From: Tubiluchus corallicola
Taxonomy: Eukaryota > Animalia > Priapulida
DNA: 64,000 nt
Assembly: GCA_030141605.1 (NCBI GenBank)
Contig: JAQGDQ010000119.1
Span: 367,005-431,004 of the forward strand
Reading direction: 5' to 3'
Below the pieces are notes generated by a model. It did not search any database. It saw only the letters and a program-made list of their open reading frames with translations, and was not told the origin of the DNA. This document shows, piece by piece, positions 12,601 to 26,425 of the stretch. A program made the position numbers and the translations under genes. The first letter of the stretch is position 1, and every line of letters begins with the position of its first letter.

Positions 12601-13827
12601 TAATATTGTTGTGAAATAAACCTCAACGGTTTATGAACATTCAGACATTCACAGCAATAATCTAATTAACGTTTTAGGTGAAATGTTCATTTGATTTGCA
12701 TGTCACATCTGATGACGTTTTGAAGGTCATGCCCCAAAAATATGAAATATTTGATACGATCTGATGTACTTCCTTTGACATGAAATATGAAAATACAAGA
12801 CAGGGACGCAGCCTGTTTGGTCGTATACTAAATAACAGACGAGTATGATTTACATAATTGTAATTTAAGTATAATATTGATTACTAGCAACTTGAAAGCA
12901 CTGCAAATTTATTTAATGAAAAAAGACTAACCAATTTTATGCTAAACGACAAAATATTATGCAGCTGTGTTCGATTAATAAATTCGGACACCATGGTTGG
13001 CGCCCAGAAAATTTTTGAACTGCTAGAACGCCGGAGAAGCATTTTCGAAGAAAAAATATGGAGTTATACAGTATGTTCGCTTGGCGCGAGGCCCCCCTGG
13101 AGGGTGAGGCCCCGGGGAAGTATCCCCACTTCCCCCCCCCCTTGAAATAGGCCCTGCGTGCCATGTGTGCGTTTACATTTCTGTAGTTATTGTTCAATTG
13201 ATGTTATACACATAAACAATACTACACTGCACCATACTTAGTACAGTGTCATTCAGGGCGATTACTGCAAGCACTGAATGAAGTTCATTGCACCAGCATT
13301 TCAAAATTAATCAGAACAGGTAGTACAAAAAGTGGTTAAGATATAATAAAGTAGAGCAAAGCACAACATGCTGTGATATATACCTACTGTTGTAATAGGA
13401 ATTATGGTATTGGACCCGAACAGTAAAGTTACATCTAGTGCAAATAACGCTGCACATGTAGCAAAATCTGTTTGCAACAACTTACCCGACACAGACTTTG
13501 GTTCATCTATGTCCTGAATAAATGCCGTTTTACCAACTTTGCTACAAAAAGACTTTTACTAATGAAACGAATAAACAAACTCTTTCTGTTAACATGTGCA
13601 TCAGACAAAATAAGATCAGGATGATTAAAAGCAATAGTTCTGTCAAGTATTATCTAATATAAAAGTTTGCTGAATTTTTGCAGGCTGCTTGATAGAAAAG
13701 CTTCCATCAACAAACAAATTTTGTGTTGGACCGTTTTTATCATATGAGTAGTTCGCGGCAGACAGATTTTTTGCTGCACGCAACTAGTAATGGTATTAAC
13801 TATATATAACAAAAAGTTAGTTCTTAC

Positions 13828-14450
13828 ATGTTTTTATTCCACACCTGTTTAACAGTGTTGAAGTATCCCCAGCTTGCTGCATTCTGCACAGACATCACTG
13901 GCTCATTCAACCCACAAAGCATGGACACAACTAAATCATGTATCGTTCCTGCCCTATCGTATTTTTTCAACAACTTTTGGCAGTTTTTACTCAACCAGAA
14001 TAACGTGGCACATCCATGCCCAGTACTTAAACGTAAGTGGGAATCTGGGGTGGGTAAAGTACTAAGAAACTCTTTTGTACACCTGCCATCTTGCCAAGTA
14101 TGCAAAACGCTGCAATTTTCTATTTCATATCTTCCAAACGCGTTTCTTTTCCATGCCTCCCCTGCTTTCCATAACACAACGCCATGCATTTGGCCGCAAA
14201 CGCCTATTCGCACTACTCTGCACATTAAATCCTTCTTCAATAATGATACGGCGTGTTGCAAAGCCGTGCATATTCGACGAGGATCTTGCTCACTGAGGAG
14301 TTGATCGGAGTCATTAGTTATGTCGGCTGATGTCTGCCTTGCTTCAGTCTGTAACACTTTTTTCGTTTTCTGGTCGATTATCGTTGCTTTAACGCTCGTC
14401 GTTCCAACGTCTATGCCTAGAATATAAGCACGATCTTCTTTAGTCGACAT
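13828..14450 (-). CDS. SHPK: Sedoheptulokinase (FGGY family), coding exon 1
   Basis: ORF with LGIDVGTTSVK, GVCGQMHG, TWQDGRC, GTIHD and QNAASWGYFN, matching SHPK/CARKL. Ends at donor AT|GTAAGA at 13828 (phase 2). Confidence 0.95.
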
Positions 14451-14565
14451 AGTTTAAGTACAAATGAAAAAAATATTGCAACAGAAAAGTTTCAAATTAT
14501 GTGAAAACATCGAATAACACAACACGTGTCTGTAATCACTAGGTCGAAACTGAAGTTACTGTACA

Positions 14566-14612
14566 AGTGACGTAAGAACCAAACAAGCAAGCGTGGCCTT
14601 TTCATTGGCCAA
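14566..14612 (-). promoter_or_regulatory. SHPK proximal promoter: CRE-like TGACGTAA and CCAAT box
   Basis: GTGACGTAA at ~14567 and ATTGG at ~14604, 120-160 bp upstream of the ATG in a CpG-containing patch. Confidence 0.4.
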
Positions 14613-16104
14613 ATTCCGTTTTAAGGCGGTACGCCGTGAGGCTCTGAAACCCTGCATTCGTCTTTCTGGTGCCTATTATGGTTTTTTCTGCGACTTTGAT
14701 AAATAAAATTACTTATCTAATATTCTAATATTTATTACGGTCAGTTTTCTATCATTCGTTATCCCATCGTGCTAAAATTACTAATCTAATATTGATTATG
14801 GTCACTTTTCTATCTGTCGTTAGAAAGTAATCTTTAGTAGAAACCGGCAAAAAATTCAAGCTTCCGTCTGCATAACGAATCATGAGAGACCACAAGTACT
14901 ATTACATTTTTATTAGCTTTCATAACAAGCAATGATGTTGCACTTTCATACCGCGTAAAGACAATATAAAAATTAACCAAATGGTTATTTTTATTTTTTT
15001 CGAAATATGAACCACACTTCACTTTCACCCGATATGTTGTAAATTATTATTTTTTCTTTCTTGTCCAAATATTTACAATTGTATATATACATACATTTGT
15101 CTGCTTTATTATAAGTTATTAGTTTGTGTTTGTAATTTCAATTATTTTACTTTTTGTTTTGTTATTTTTGTAACCTCATTGTAGTGACTGTACCAAATTT
15201 ACTACATTTACGTATTTATCGTCTTGTTTATTACAAAACGTTTATCGTGTTGTCTAATAATGTTTCAATGTTTTTAACTTTAAATCGGTGGCTAACTGAG
15301 TTTCGCAATTACAAGCCGAAGACTTATTAACATAGCTGGCAACATTACAAAATTTAGAAGCTGGTACATGTACTTTCGTTACAGAATTTAGTAGCTAGTA
15401 CATGTACTTTCAATGTATGTAATGCATTTAAAGACAACGGCAACTGTTTGGCAATGAGTAGTTTCACCAGTTCACCTGCAGGCTAGCGCCATCTGTTGCT
15501 AGTTTTCAAAACACTATCAAAGATTTCGTTAATATTAAATTTTCTGTTGTTTCTTAAACAAAAATTACTTGCCATTGGTAAATTTAGCTAGCTCATCTTT
15601 TAATAAATAGAAGCCCTCAGTAAAGAAACCAATAAAAGAGACACGGTACTTATGTTTATGCGGATCACTAATGATCAATGTAGAATTCATGTGTATTGCA
15701 CGTTGTGCCATCTTACAATATTTTCACATTACAGCGCATCCAAATTGCGACACGCTAACCCACCAAACAGAATGGCCCAAATATGATTTCATAATTATGC
15801 ACAATTCATACAAACAATACGGTGGCAGTCTGTCTCCACCATTTAGTAGAGCTATTTATGCACAAATTGGCTGAAAACATATTGCACCGTAAGAAACATC
15901 ACTGTTACAATAACCGTAGCACTTTGTAAAATGTACCGCTCCAAATCTACGGAATAAAATATTAATTTATGTTACCACACATCGAACATTATATGGCTTT
16001 AAAAAGTGCATGAAATCTCTTCTACTCAAATCCTACCTATTGATGTGTTTCATATTGTATTTTTTGATGTGTGAAAGAACTTACAATGTATTTTTTGGGG
16101 TGTT

Positions 16105-16516
16105 ACCGCGAACTGCGATAGTTACAGTACATCCCGAGATTGGCAACTTTAAGTTCACATTTTCATACTTTTGCATCACAACTCTGCTAAACTCCTTTCA
16201 TTTCTCTTCTCTCTTTCTCTATCTTGTTCTATTACTTTATCTTTACTATTCTCTGTTTTCCCGTAATTCTTTCTCTTTTTAGCTAAGCAAATTTTCCCCC
16301 ACTTTTCATGGTCTCACAAACTGTTGCTCGATGCAGCATCTATTTCTGGCTGATAAACTATTATGTAGTTTAGTAACTATATTAATATAGTTCTGTTACA
16401 GTTATTGTACATGTAACATTATTTGATTTTTTTCCTAGTTATAATACATAGTAGTTATAAAATTGTAAAATTATTAAGATTATAATGTAATGTAAAATTA
16501 TATGCTGAAGTGGATG
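16105..16516. mobile_element. Second copy of the 357-822 dispersed repeat
   Basis: Direct alignment by eye to the reverse complement of 357-822. Confidence 0.8.
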
Positions 16517-18122
16517 AAAAAAATGTGCGCACGCATCCACATACACACACACACACACCCCACACACACAAACACACAATCATTTGCATTCATGGCTCAA
16601 TGCAGCAAAGTAGATTTGAAAAGACACAAACCATTCAAGAAAATATCAATTATAATAATTTTTTGCCAAATTTAGCAATAGTTAAAAAATTTTCTCATTA
16701 AAAGATTTCATAATTATAATGATATACACAATGGTTCACTTTAACTGTTTAATACAAAATGCACAATTAAATTTAGAGCAATGTAATACTAATTAATTAA
16801 AATTTCACACACTCTTTATTAATTATTTTACACACTCTGGACAAAGCCTACACATTTATTTACATGGAAAAAATGTTTAAAAAAAAATCAATGATGTTTA
16901 ATGATAATTTAGTTATTAACAGATTAACTGACTACACTACCATTAAAAGGCATAATTTGATAGAAGAAAAAGTAACTTTTCAAACATGCAATAATCATAA
17001 ACTAACTATACATCACCACAACATCACACAACAGAAAGCAATTACATAACAACTATATCACTCATTAAAATGGTCAAAAACTATTTATACAGCATTTGTG
17101 TCAAACTTCCAGTATATACTATTGCCGTAAATTCATTATACACTATTTTGTCAGTACATATACATAATGCAAAAATTTTCTAGTTATTATTATCATATTT
17201 TCCTTTAAATGAAATTGAGTACTGTTGAAATGTGTCAAGTCCGGTAGATCAAAAGTTGTTAGGCCGTAGTGCAGCATCACAAAATTTGTAATAACCAAAA
17301 TACCAACATACGACTTCAGAGCCGTCAGAGTTGTGGCTTTCAAACAGTGCTCACTTTCATTCAACGAAAAAAGTACTAATAATTTAAAAACTTTTATTGA
17401 TGCACTAGGTTTGGTGCACAGTTTGCAGTGATGACATAGAAACAGTCCCATGTCTAATACACACTTTCATCTGAAAGCTGCAAGGCTGGGATTAATTTTA
17501 CTTCTCGCAAAGGCAATACAGAGAAAACATGCATTTTAACTTAAAAGAATAACTTTCTACATCACAAAATATTATTATGAACAAAGCCAGATAAATTAAA
17601 TGGACTACAGCTATTTTAAGAGATTACACAATAGAGTTGACTACATCTACAAAGGCACGTGGTACATACAGTGGGCCCGACATACACACACAGTAATATA
17701 CAAAAAGACAGCTTTGGGAACAAATCATTATGGCACAAAAATTGGCTTCCTAGAAATACAGAATATATACAAACAGCAAACAAATAATGATGTATGATTC
17801 ATTAAATTATTAATTGATGGATTTTTTCAAACTTTACTCCTCACTCGCACAATCTATCTATCATAGATTGAAGGTAACTTGGTGGAACCTAGTGTACATT
17901 CTGAGTGCAATATATTGGATTTCTTAGTGCTATTTACCCTATAAATGCCTTTAAGAGACACATTCTCTCACCGTCAAAACTCAACTCGCACTCTTAAAAC
18001 TTCAATAAAGCTAAAAATATTGTCAAAGTGATGAAAGGAAGTCTGTCCTTCATCTTCCAATGATGTTCAACTCCTCAACTAAATGCTACAAAAATGCCAT
18101 AAAAAACAGCAAGTTCAGTTAA

Positions 18123-21100
18123 TTACTCATTTAACTTCTTAGTGTCTTTTGATTGCTTTTCCTTCAACTTTTCCAAAACAGCTTTTTTGATCTCACGACC
18201 AATCGCCTTTGCCATTGGTGGAGGAACTGCATTACCGACTTGTCTGTGACGTTCCAAAATGTTTCCAAAGAATCTATAGCTATCCGGAAACCCTTGCGAG
18301 CGAGCACACTCTCTCACACTAACAACGCGGTGCTGTTCGGGATGCAGTACCCGTCCCTGCTTGCCCATAGGTTCAGGGTTGGTAACTGTCGTGCTGAAAA
18401 ATCCATCCCACTCTAACCGACCATACAGTCCAGACCAATTGTTATGTCTGTTTCCTGTATGAGGCAGACACCACGGAATAAGCGTGTTGAACTGTCTATC
18501 CATAGGATCGCAAGATTTGCCCGTTGCACAGGCGCATACTCCTCTTAGAGATCCATTGCTTGACCTGCCCTGTCTTTTGTCATTATGTGTGTACCGGAGC
18601 TTCTTTGACATGGTACCATCACTCAAACGTACTACAATGTTGGGTAAATCACGCCAATCTGAGCCTGGTGCTAAAGGTATGTGTCTCATTCGTTCAGCCA
18701 CTAATGCACTCATTTCCTTACACACGTGGTCTCGCAACACAGACTGGTTTCCGTTACCTCTCACCATCTTTTGGAAATGCGAAAGTGGTTCTTCGTTGTA
18801 CGAGATCTGCTCTTTTCTTGCTCCGTTTTTAATGGCCGGCAAATCTGACATTGCATCTCTGACGGTTATTGTGCGATACGGTGCAGAGTTGGTCCAGCAA
18901 ATGTTAGAGCTAAATTTATCATCATCCACTACCACGGTCAATTGGCAAGCTCTAGGTGCAAAGGTGTGATCGGGTTCCGGATAGAATGGCAACTTCTCAC
19001 CAGGTGCAGCAGCCATGATGATGGCCCTGCGACGAGTTTGTGGCACCCCATATTGACCAGCTTGCAGTATTCCGAATGTGCACTGATAGCCCATGCGGAC
19101 CAAGCATCGCAAACCTAACTTGAGAACGAGGTTCTTCTTGTATGAAACAAAGTTACGAACATTTTCCAAGATAAAAAATTTAGGGCGGTAATAATCGCAG
19201 TAGCTAAGATAAGATGCAATCAGAGAGTTCTTGAACTTGGAGTACTCTCTAGAATTAAACCTATTCATACCACTGAAACCTTGACAGGGCGGACCACCAC
19301 AAAGCAATTCTACGTCACCTTTCCGTGGTAATCTCTGTCCCTTATCATCAGCTAACTCGCCTTCCATGGCTAACTTCAATAGTAGATTACAGTCGGAAGT
19401 GAAGACCGTGCAATCTGGATTGTTGAGTCGAAATGCCTGTGCTGCCGGCTCGAATACTTCTATAGCCCAGCGAGTTTCGGCTATTTCAGCTTGATGCAAG
19501 CCCTCTGACAAGCCTCCAACACCAGCAAAAACATCTAGGCATTTCAATTTTTGCACAGGCACAGTCTTTCCATCATCTTCGTTCTCTGCTACAGAAACTG
19601 TAGACTTGCCCTTCCCTTTACCCTTTCCTTTTCGACCTTTACCTTTTGCTCCCATATTTCTGGCTACATGAGGTGGTTCATAAAATTCTTTTGTTTCAGG
19701 ATTGTATGCTTCATTGAAGTAAAAGCGATCCGAGCCTTCTTTGGTATAGCTGTCGATATCAAGATTTTCGGCACAGACCACAGTACACTTTGTAACCACA
19801 TCATTGAAATTAACCTTCGCTTCCTCCTCACTCCAGTAAACCATGTTTAAGTTCGAATTGTAGCTTGCAGTTACACCCTTATGTGTATTCTCTGGCCTGT
19901 AAAACTTCTGAACCATCAGGAAAATGTCACTATCACCAAAAGACTTCTTTTTCTGGTATATTTTCTTAATTTGGCCAACACGGAAAGGTTCGGGGCAATC
20001 AAGATTGCTACCTTTAATGTTGTCAGTTGTCTTGCGGTAATATTCCGGATAAAGTTCATCATCCTGTGCTTGCTCGGGCTTTTTCTTTTTTATTGCTTTT
20101 TCCAGCTCCATCTTGACATCAAAATCAAAAGCATCAGGTGACAAGAAGATGCAATCGCCAGGCCTATATGTGTTTCCATCTCGTGACAAGCTTTCGTAAG
20201 CAATCTGATTTTCTGAATCATTGTTCTGTGAAGGTGGTCCAAGAGATGGATTACAGCGTACCCGTGCTTCCTTCTGACGCACACAACCGATGCAGAACTT
20301 GTAGTCATTAGTTGGCGGCTTGAAATCTGGTGGATCTTCAAATCGTGCAAATTCGCTGTCATACCACAGCTTATAAAAGAAGTTCTTGCCATCTTCTTCC
20401 CACTGATTTTCTGCATCAACTTCTTCCCCACCCAACATGGACCAGTCAGCCGGTGGAGGCTTATGCACTACACTACACTTCCCAGCCACAAAATCGAAAT
20501 TTGAATCCTCACAATCATCGACAGTAAACAGTTCATTAGGATCAGCTGTTTCACCAAGTACAGTATCAGATCCTCTAGTAAACCAATGTGCGTGAAACTT
20601 TTTCTCTCGTGCATTCTCCTCCCACATGTAACAAATACGTGCAATGTACAGCGGCTCATCCGGTTTGTCTGGTTTAACTAGCACACAGTCGTGGATGTGA
20701 AGAGTTTCATCATTAATCATTACTGCAGAGTAATAGACGTTCTTTCCAACGCTTTCGATCGGGTCACCAACCCATTTTATTGTCGAATCTTGATTCTTCT
20801 TCAAATGGTGTTTTTTTGTACGAAGATGTGCATCTTTGGCTTTCTTGTCCATTTCATCTTCCACATCCATTTGCTGATCAATTTGGTCTTCATCGGCTTC
20901 TTTTATGGCCATATTTGGGCATCTTCTGCGTGTACAAGCTTGCTTTGCCCTGCCCGTGCCTCCAAATTTGATCATGTCTTTGCAAGCAGTGCATTTACCA
21001 CAGTCTGGCAGCAGGCAGATTTCACAGACACCACATCGTCTTTTTCGAGGTCCTTCTACACGCGTATCTAAAATTTGTCCCTTAAACATGTTATCGAACA

Positions 21101-22399
21101 CTTCCCGAACTATGGGTGTTGTAGTGGCCATCGTTGGGCCAGCCATTTTCTTTGCTGGTTTCTTCACTGCACTTCGACGGGCAGCTCTTCCTTTGCCCAG
21201 GGTGACACCAGAAAGCGAGATAAGCGACCTCATGCAAACAGTAGTAATGAGCAAATCAGTTTCATCCGGATCACCTGCATCGTCATAACTTTGAACTTGA
21301 TCAACTATGAACTGCGAATGGCGCAAGAGCGTTTCTTCGGAATAGCTTCCCTCTCCCATAGGAGGAACAGTCGTCTGAATTTTATTTAGCAAGTCCTCAT
21401 ATGTACAGTCTTCGCTGTTGACAAGAAACTCAATTACAGTTTTACTTAAATGAATTTTTTCTTTAACGGCATCCATGAAGCTCATGTACGCATCACTCGG
21501 CTCCATTAAGATGTAGTCTGCAAATGCTGTTGAAAAACCAATCAGTGCATTTTCTCCACCATCAAAACCAGCCGTCCACCACTCGTTGATTGGGCCCATG
21601 TTCCGAGAGGCTACACCTCCTTCAGCGTGTGGGTTGTCTTCGTAAATTGGTTTTATATAACCACTGAAATAGAGTTCTATATTTCTCTCTATAAGACCTG
21701 TGTCAAATGGACAAAGGTGAGTATTTTTGTCATACACACTAAACAGTGTAACCTTGTGCTGAGGTCTTTCATCAGCTGCATCCATACAGGTTTCCTCGCC
21801 AGTGAAAAGTGATAGCCGCTCATCAGTCAGAGCAACAAATTCTTCAACCGCATCTTCTGGATCTCCGGGAAACAGCTGCAGGTCTGGATCATCAAGCAAC
21901 TGCCGACACTGCAAGCACTTCTCTGGTGCAGCCACAACAGTCTGCTGCTTCTTCGTGTCAGCCTTGTCACCATCTTTAACTAATCCATTGCTTTCTATGA
22001 TGTCTGTAGCATTAGGCATTTGTTCATCACCATCAATTTTGATTCCCTTATCTTGTTCATCAATATCAATTTTGATTCGTTTATCTTCCTTACCATCCAT
22101 TGTCACCTCTTCATTAATGTCAGATTTTCGTTTATTTGCTCTGACATCTGTATCACTAAGCACGGCTTCTTTATCATTAATTTTTACATTCTTATCTTCT
22201 CTATCATCCTGTTCAACTTCTTTACTGGTGATGGATTTTGTATTATCTACTCTGGTAAACATTGAACTAATGGTTGGCTGATTGCCAGGTAAAGACGATT
22301 TATTGGATTTTCGACTCTGTGGTATCTTTTTATTGCTACTAGTGCTGGATGAATTGCCTGTACCATTTTGTCCATTTGACAAGACATCCCCTTGACCAG
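18123..22399 (-). CDS. DNMT1: DNA (cytosine-5)-methyltransferase 1, giant coding exon 2 (4277 nt)
   Basis: PIP box [12 protein letters not shown] domain, CXXC ([17 protein letters not shown]), two BAH domains, GK linker, and catalytic motifs [31 protein letters not shown]. Acceptor TTTTCAG| at 22400. The ORF-track start at 22460 is intronic. Confidence 0.98.
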
Positions 22400-23961
22400 C
22401 TGAAAAGAAAAAAATCAACTGATAAAAATTGAGAAATCCAAACATTACAGCCTCCATCATACTATTAATTGTTTACAAATGATTAAGAAAAACTGAAGTT
22501 CAACATATTCCTTGATCAACGAACATGCAAAATGCTGGATAACGTGTACAAATCAATAAAGGATGATACTCAGTTCTTAATAGGTTATATAGCATAATTT
22601 GATTCCAAAGAAGAAACGTTGTTGATATGTAATATCTCCATTGTATACAGAAAGTTTGATTAAAACAAGGAATTTTGTATGCATTTAGGCAGATTAGTCT
22701 CATTTTCAATTTTTGAAAACAGTCACTATTAAATTGCTCTATCAAACATGCATCAGTGAAATATAATTCATGTCATGGCAATATTCTTTTTGCATAACTT
22801 TTGCTATGTATCGGGTAGCGCAAATAATGTGCAGAAGTTTTAATCATAACATTATAAGAAGAAAATAATCGAATCACCTAAAATTGTTATACTGATGTTA
22901 AAGATGGTTATGTTTAAATACCAAACATTTTTGGTAATTCTCTTAAATTATTCCAAAAATACAAGTTTTAAAACAACAAACCAAAAAATACATGATGAAA
23001 AAAGCTTACAGCAAATGCTTTGTGTCTGGACACCATCTCACTGCAAATTAGATCAAGGTGTTTCTTCCAACAACAAGTGTATTATTCCTAGCATTCGCAG
23101 CTTACCTGCCTCAAATAGCTCTGTGCGGCTGTCATACAAATTCTTTTTAAAAGATCCAAAATAACATAATCCAAGGATTAAGTCCCATCTTTTTCTATCT
23201 TTATCGGTGGTTAATTTTCTGTGAAGACTATGCCGTAAACTGGTTGATTTCTTTATTGTTTGGCAAACATGCTTTGAGTACTTTATATGTCAACATGGAA
23301 GTTTGCCAGTTGACGATTAGCTGACATTGTTTTGACATTTAGTTTTTTAACTCACAATGGTTTTTCAGTCATAACTCAAGCTAGTGTATCGTAGTATCGT
23401 GCTGTGAAATTTCAACTTAGTAGCACAATTGCTTCTAATATTATTGTGGTCTAAATGCTGGCACGTTTTTAGTGCCACCCAATACATGCACATCAATCAT
23501 GACGTTCCAGTTAAAACTGAAACAATTACCAGTGGTTCTAAACATGTTGAGTACCTACTTAAAATGAATATGTTCTAAATGCGGAAAGAATTGCAATTAG
23601 TTTGCAGTTATTCCACTCATGAATGTCCTTGTTGTAATTTTTCGTCACTGGGAAAAAATAGATGATTATATAGTCATTTAGATATGAAATTAAATTACTA
23701 GTGCAAAAGCATGAGAAATAAATGCAGTAATCATAAGAGACATGTGCAACACCAACAAGGTGTGAACTATGAAGGGTACCATTTTCGTAAAGAAGTTAAA
23801 AATAAAATAATTACTGACTACTGTGACATTAACAATGAAACAGAACAACTGCATGCGATAAAAAAGTCTACATGGAAAAATGGTAAAAGAGTAAATAAAA
23901 AGATTAGCAGATGAGTTTAAAGAAAGCTAAAGACATGTGTCCATTATGTATTAAAGAAACT

Positions 23962-24129
23962 ATGAGAATACAGCATTTATTTTTGTGTAAATGTTTGCCT
24001 CATTTAAATGAAGAAGGACCTGGGCTCAAGACCTCGTGAAGACAAATGAGAATACAGCATTTATTTTTGTGTAAATGTTTGCCTCATTTAAATGAAGAAG
24101 GACCTGGGCTCAAGACCTCATGAAGACAA
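23962..24129 (+). repeat. Recent tandem duplication, 2 x 84 bp, in the DNMT1 intron
   Basis: ATGAGAATACAGC...GAAGACAA repeated with one mismatch. Confidence 0.95.
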
Positions 24130-24469
24130 ATTCACAAGTAGTGAAAACAATAAAGGATGTTGCTCTGGGTTCGGTTTTTAGATAGCGACATGGACATAGG
24201 TCTTGTAAATAGCAAACTCGAGTTATGAATATCAAGCCAATGGAGGTATCAAGCACTGGTACACTGTAAATATATTAAGTGAACCATGACAGAAGACGTG
24301 ATGTAGTGCTCAATCAAATGAACAGGTTTCTTGATAGTAGTAGTAGTAAATCTCCAGTAGTTATAATATAACTTTTGAGACAAATAGTTCTTCGACTGTA
24401 ATTGCGACAAATTGCACATACAATAGATTGTCATCAACACCTAGGTGACTCCACTGGCAAGTTTTCTCA

Positions 24470-24961
24470 CTATAATATGTAATCCAGCATCCTTGTTATA
24501 TGCATGTTCCAATTAGCACGGTGATTAAATTTCAATGGATGATGTTCATAGTGTCTATCTAATTTTGATTTAAATAAATTTACAGTTGTTGATGTTCTCA
24601 CATCACAGGGCAATCTATTCCAGATTTCTGGCATCGTACAAGAAAAATAGTCGTATTTACGAGTTTTGTGTGTAGTTCTTGATTTATGAAGAATAGGACC
24701 TGATCTTGCTGTACGATGTACTTCTAATTTAACAGGACAATCATCACAGCTGTAAACTCCAGATACATATTTGTATACATCAATTAGTTGGCCACGTAAA
24801 CGTCTAAAAGCTAATGTAGTTAAACCTATTCGTTTCAACTGACTTTCATACGTCAAGTTCATTAGTTCCGGTAACATATTGAAAGCTCTCATTTGGACAG
24901 TTTTGACTGGGTCCACTATATATGCTCTAGGACTATTCCAAATACTACTTCCATACTCCAC
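24470..24961 (-). mobile_element. 5'-truncated CR1/L2-clade LINE fragment in the DNMT1 intron
   Basis: EYGSSIWN, LTYESQLKRIGLTTLAFRRLRGQLIDVYK and WNRLP..V..STTVNLFKSKLD, typical of the CR1 ORF2 C-terminus. Confidence 0.85.
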
Positions 24962-25338
24962 TTTTCATCTGGTAAACAGCGATGGCAAGTACAGAAGATT
25001 TACACTCAACTGCTTCTTTGAAGAGACTATTCCACTGTACAGGAACTGTGTGTGGGAAAAATTAAATTACCGATCAACGTAACATAAACCGAATTTATTA
25101 AAAAAAATAAATGGATGTTTTATAACACATTTAAAATCTACCTATAAAGTATAATGTTGTCTGTTTTAATGTCTCCTCTATTTTCATGTGGATTGAGTTT
25201 CGCACTAACCAATATACTACTTATTACTACTATGACTATATGGGTTTATAATGATTTTTAGAGTACTGCTAATTAAAAAATAACGAACACTTATGATTAT
25301 GGTTAATCCCACCGCCGGTATATAACTTAGCTTCTTAC

Positions 25339-25426
25339 CGATTGAACCATCCAATTGATCCCCTGTTACTTCTGCGTTCACATTATCTGCTTCACCGTTT
25401 AAGCAAGCTTCTGTAACGACAGGCAT
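25339..25426 (-). CDS. DNMT1: DNMT1 coding exon 1 (MPVVTEACLNGEADNVNAEVTGDQLDGSI); spliced protein ~1454 aa
   Basis: ATG at 25426 and donor G|GTAAGA (phase 1), matching the phase-1 acceptor at 22399. E2F site ~100 bp upstream. Confidence 0.75.
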
Positions 25427-25522
25427 AATGTTTTGGAAAGACAGACAAAATTTATATACAGAAACTGCTCAAACCACTATCCCACAGAGAAACAGAAATA
25501 TTCCGCAATTATTGTCTCGAAA

Positions 25523-25534
25523 TTTCCCGCGAAA
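25523..25534. promoter_or_regulatory. Overlapping inverted E2F sites TTTCCCGCGAAA in the DNMT1 promoter
   Basis: TTTCCCGC on + and TTTCGCGG on -. CRE-like TGACATCA at 25552-25559. Confidence 0.65.
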
Positions 25535-25599
25535 GTTACTTTCTTGTAGAGTGACATCACAAAAACGAAACGCACTTTTTATTACATAACGATCATAGA

Positions 25600-26425
25600 T
25601 TCATAAAATGTAATGAATGCGATGCTAGCAAGCGTGGCCAAGCGAAGGATGGATAAATTGGATGTGGAAACAAAAAGGTGTAGTGGAGCTGCTGTGAAAG
25701 GAAAGCTAGGTTCTTCATCCTTTGAAGAAAGAGAAGCGAAAGCACGTTTAAAGTATTTGAATAGAATTATATTTATGAGTAATGACAGACTTGTTAAAAT
25801 GGGTACTATCCTCTGCAGTGCATAGCAGGATATAAGGTCTAAGTGGGTTAGAAGAACAAGTTTTTAGCAGGCATATTTAATTTTGAAGTCTTTGGAAACG
25901 TTTTGGCACTAGGAGAACTTTCACAGGATGGATTGAGGAAAATAACTGATGCAATTTTTTGAAGAAGTTTAGCTTAGATTAGATTAGATTTATTACATAT
26001 TGTTATAATTATATAAAGTAAGAACTTAACAGAGAAAAAAAATTGTCCAATAAAGCACAATAAACAAGTTGATCAACTAGGGCTGGATAAACTTGAATCA
26101 TGTTCTACCGCTAAATATGTTTTTGAACAGTAAACCACGACCTTATTTTTGAAAGCTGAATGAACAATTTGTATAACACTGAGCAAATTGCTGGTGAGAC
26201 CAAGAATTGGTGCATTGCAGATTACTGGAACTCTGTTATTTAGATGGAAGATATCTGAATATGATAGACTTTGTAAGTGTGGTTTGGACTTGGAGAAGTT
26301 ACACCATATTTTACTATACTATTATTATTTTATTATGAAAATGAAAGATATACGGTTATTTGGGAAAGGAGTTTCAAATTCCAAAATAATGATTGCGGGA
26401 AAATGCTTCTTAGTGATATAAGTGA
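25600..26425 (+). mobile_element. Degenerate LINE ORF2 3' remnant between the DNMT1 and GTPBP4 starts
   Basis: AVKGKLG..SFEEREAKARLKYLNRI and RLCKCG..LEKLHHILL, with stops and frameshifts. Confidence 0.6.

Noticed and set aside
18153-22281. Plus-strand ORFs overlapping DNMT1 (likewise antisense ORFs over SHPK, MRPS15 and CCDC96)
   Set aside because: Shadow ORFs of real coding sequence with no recognisable motifs.
22400-22460. DNMT1 start [10 protein letters not shown] given by the ORF track
   Set aside because: It is the polypyrimidine tract and acceptor of the intron; a phase-compatible first exon exists at 25339-25426.
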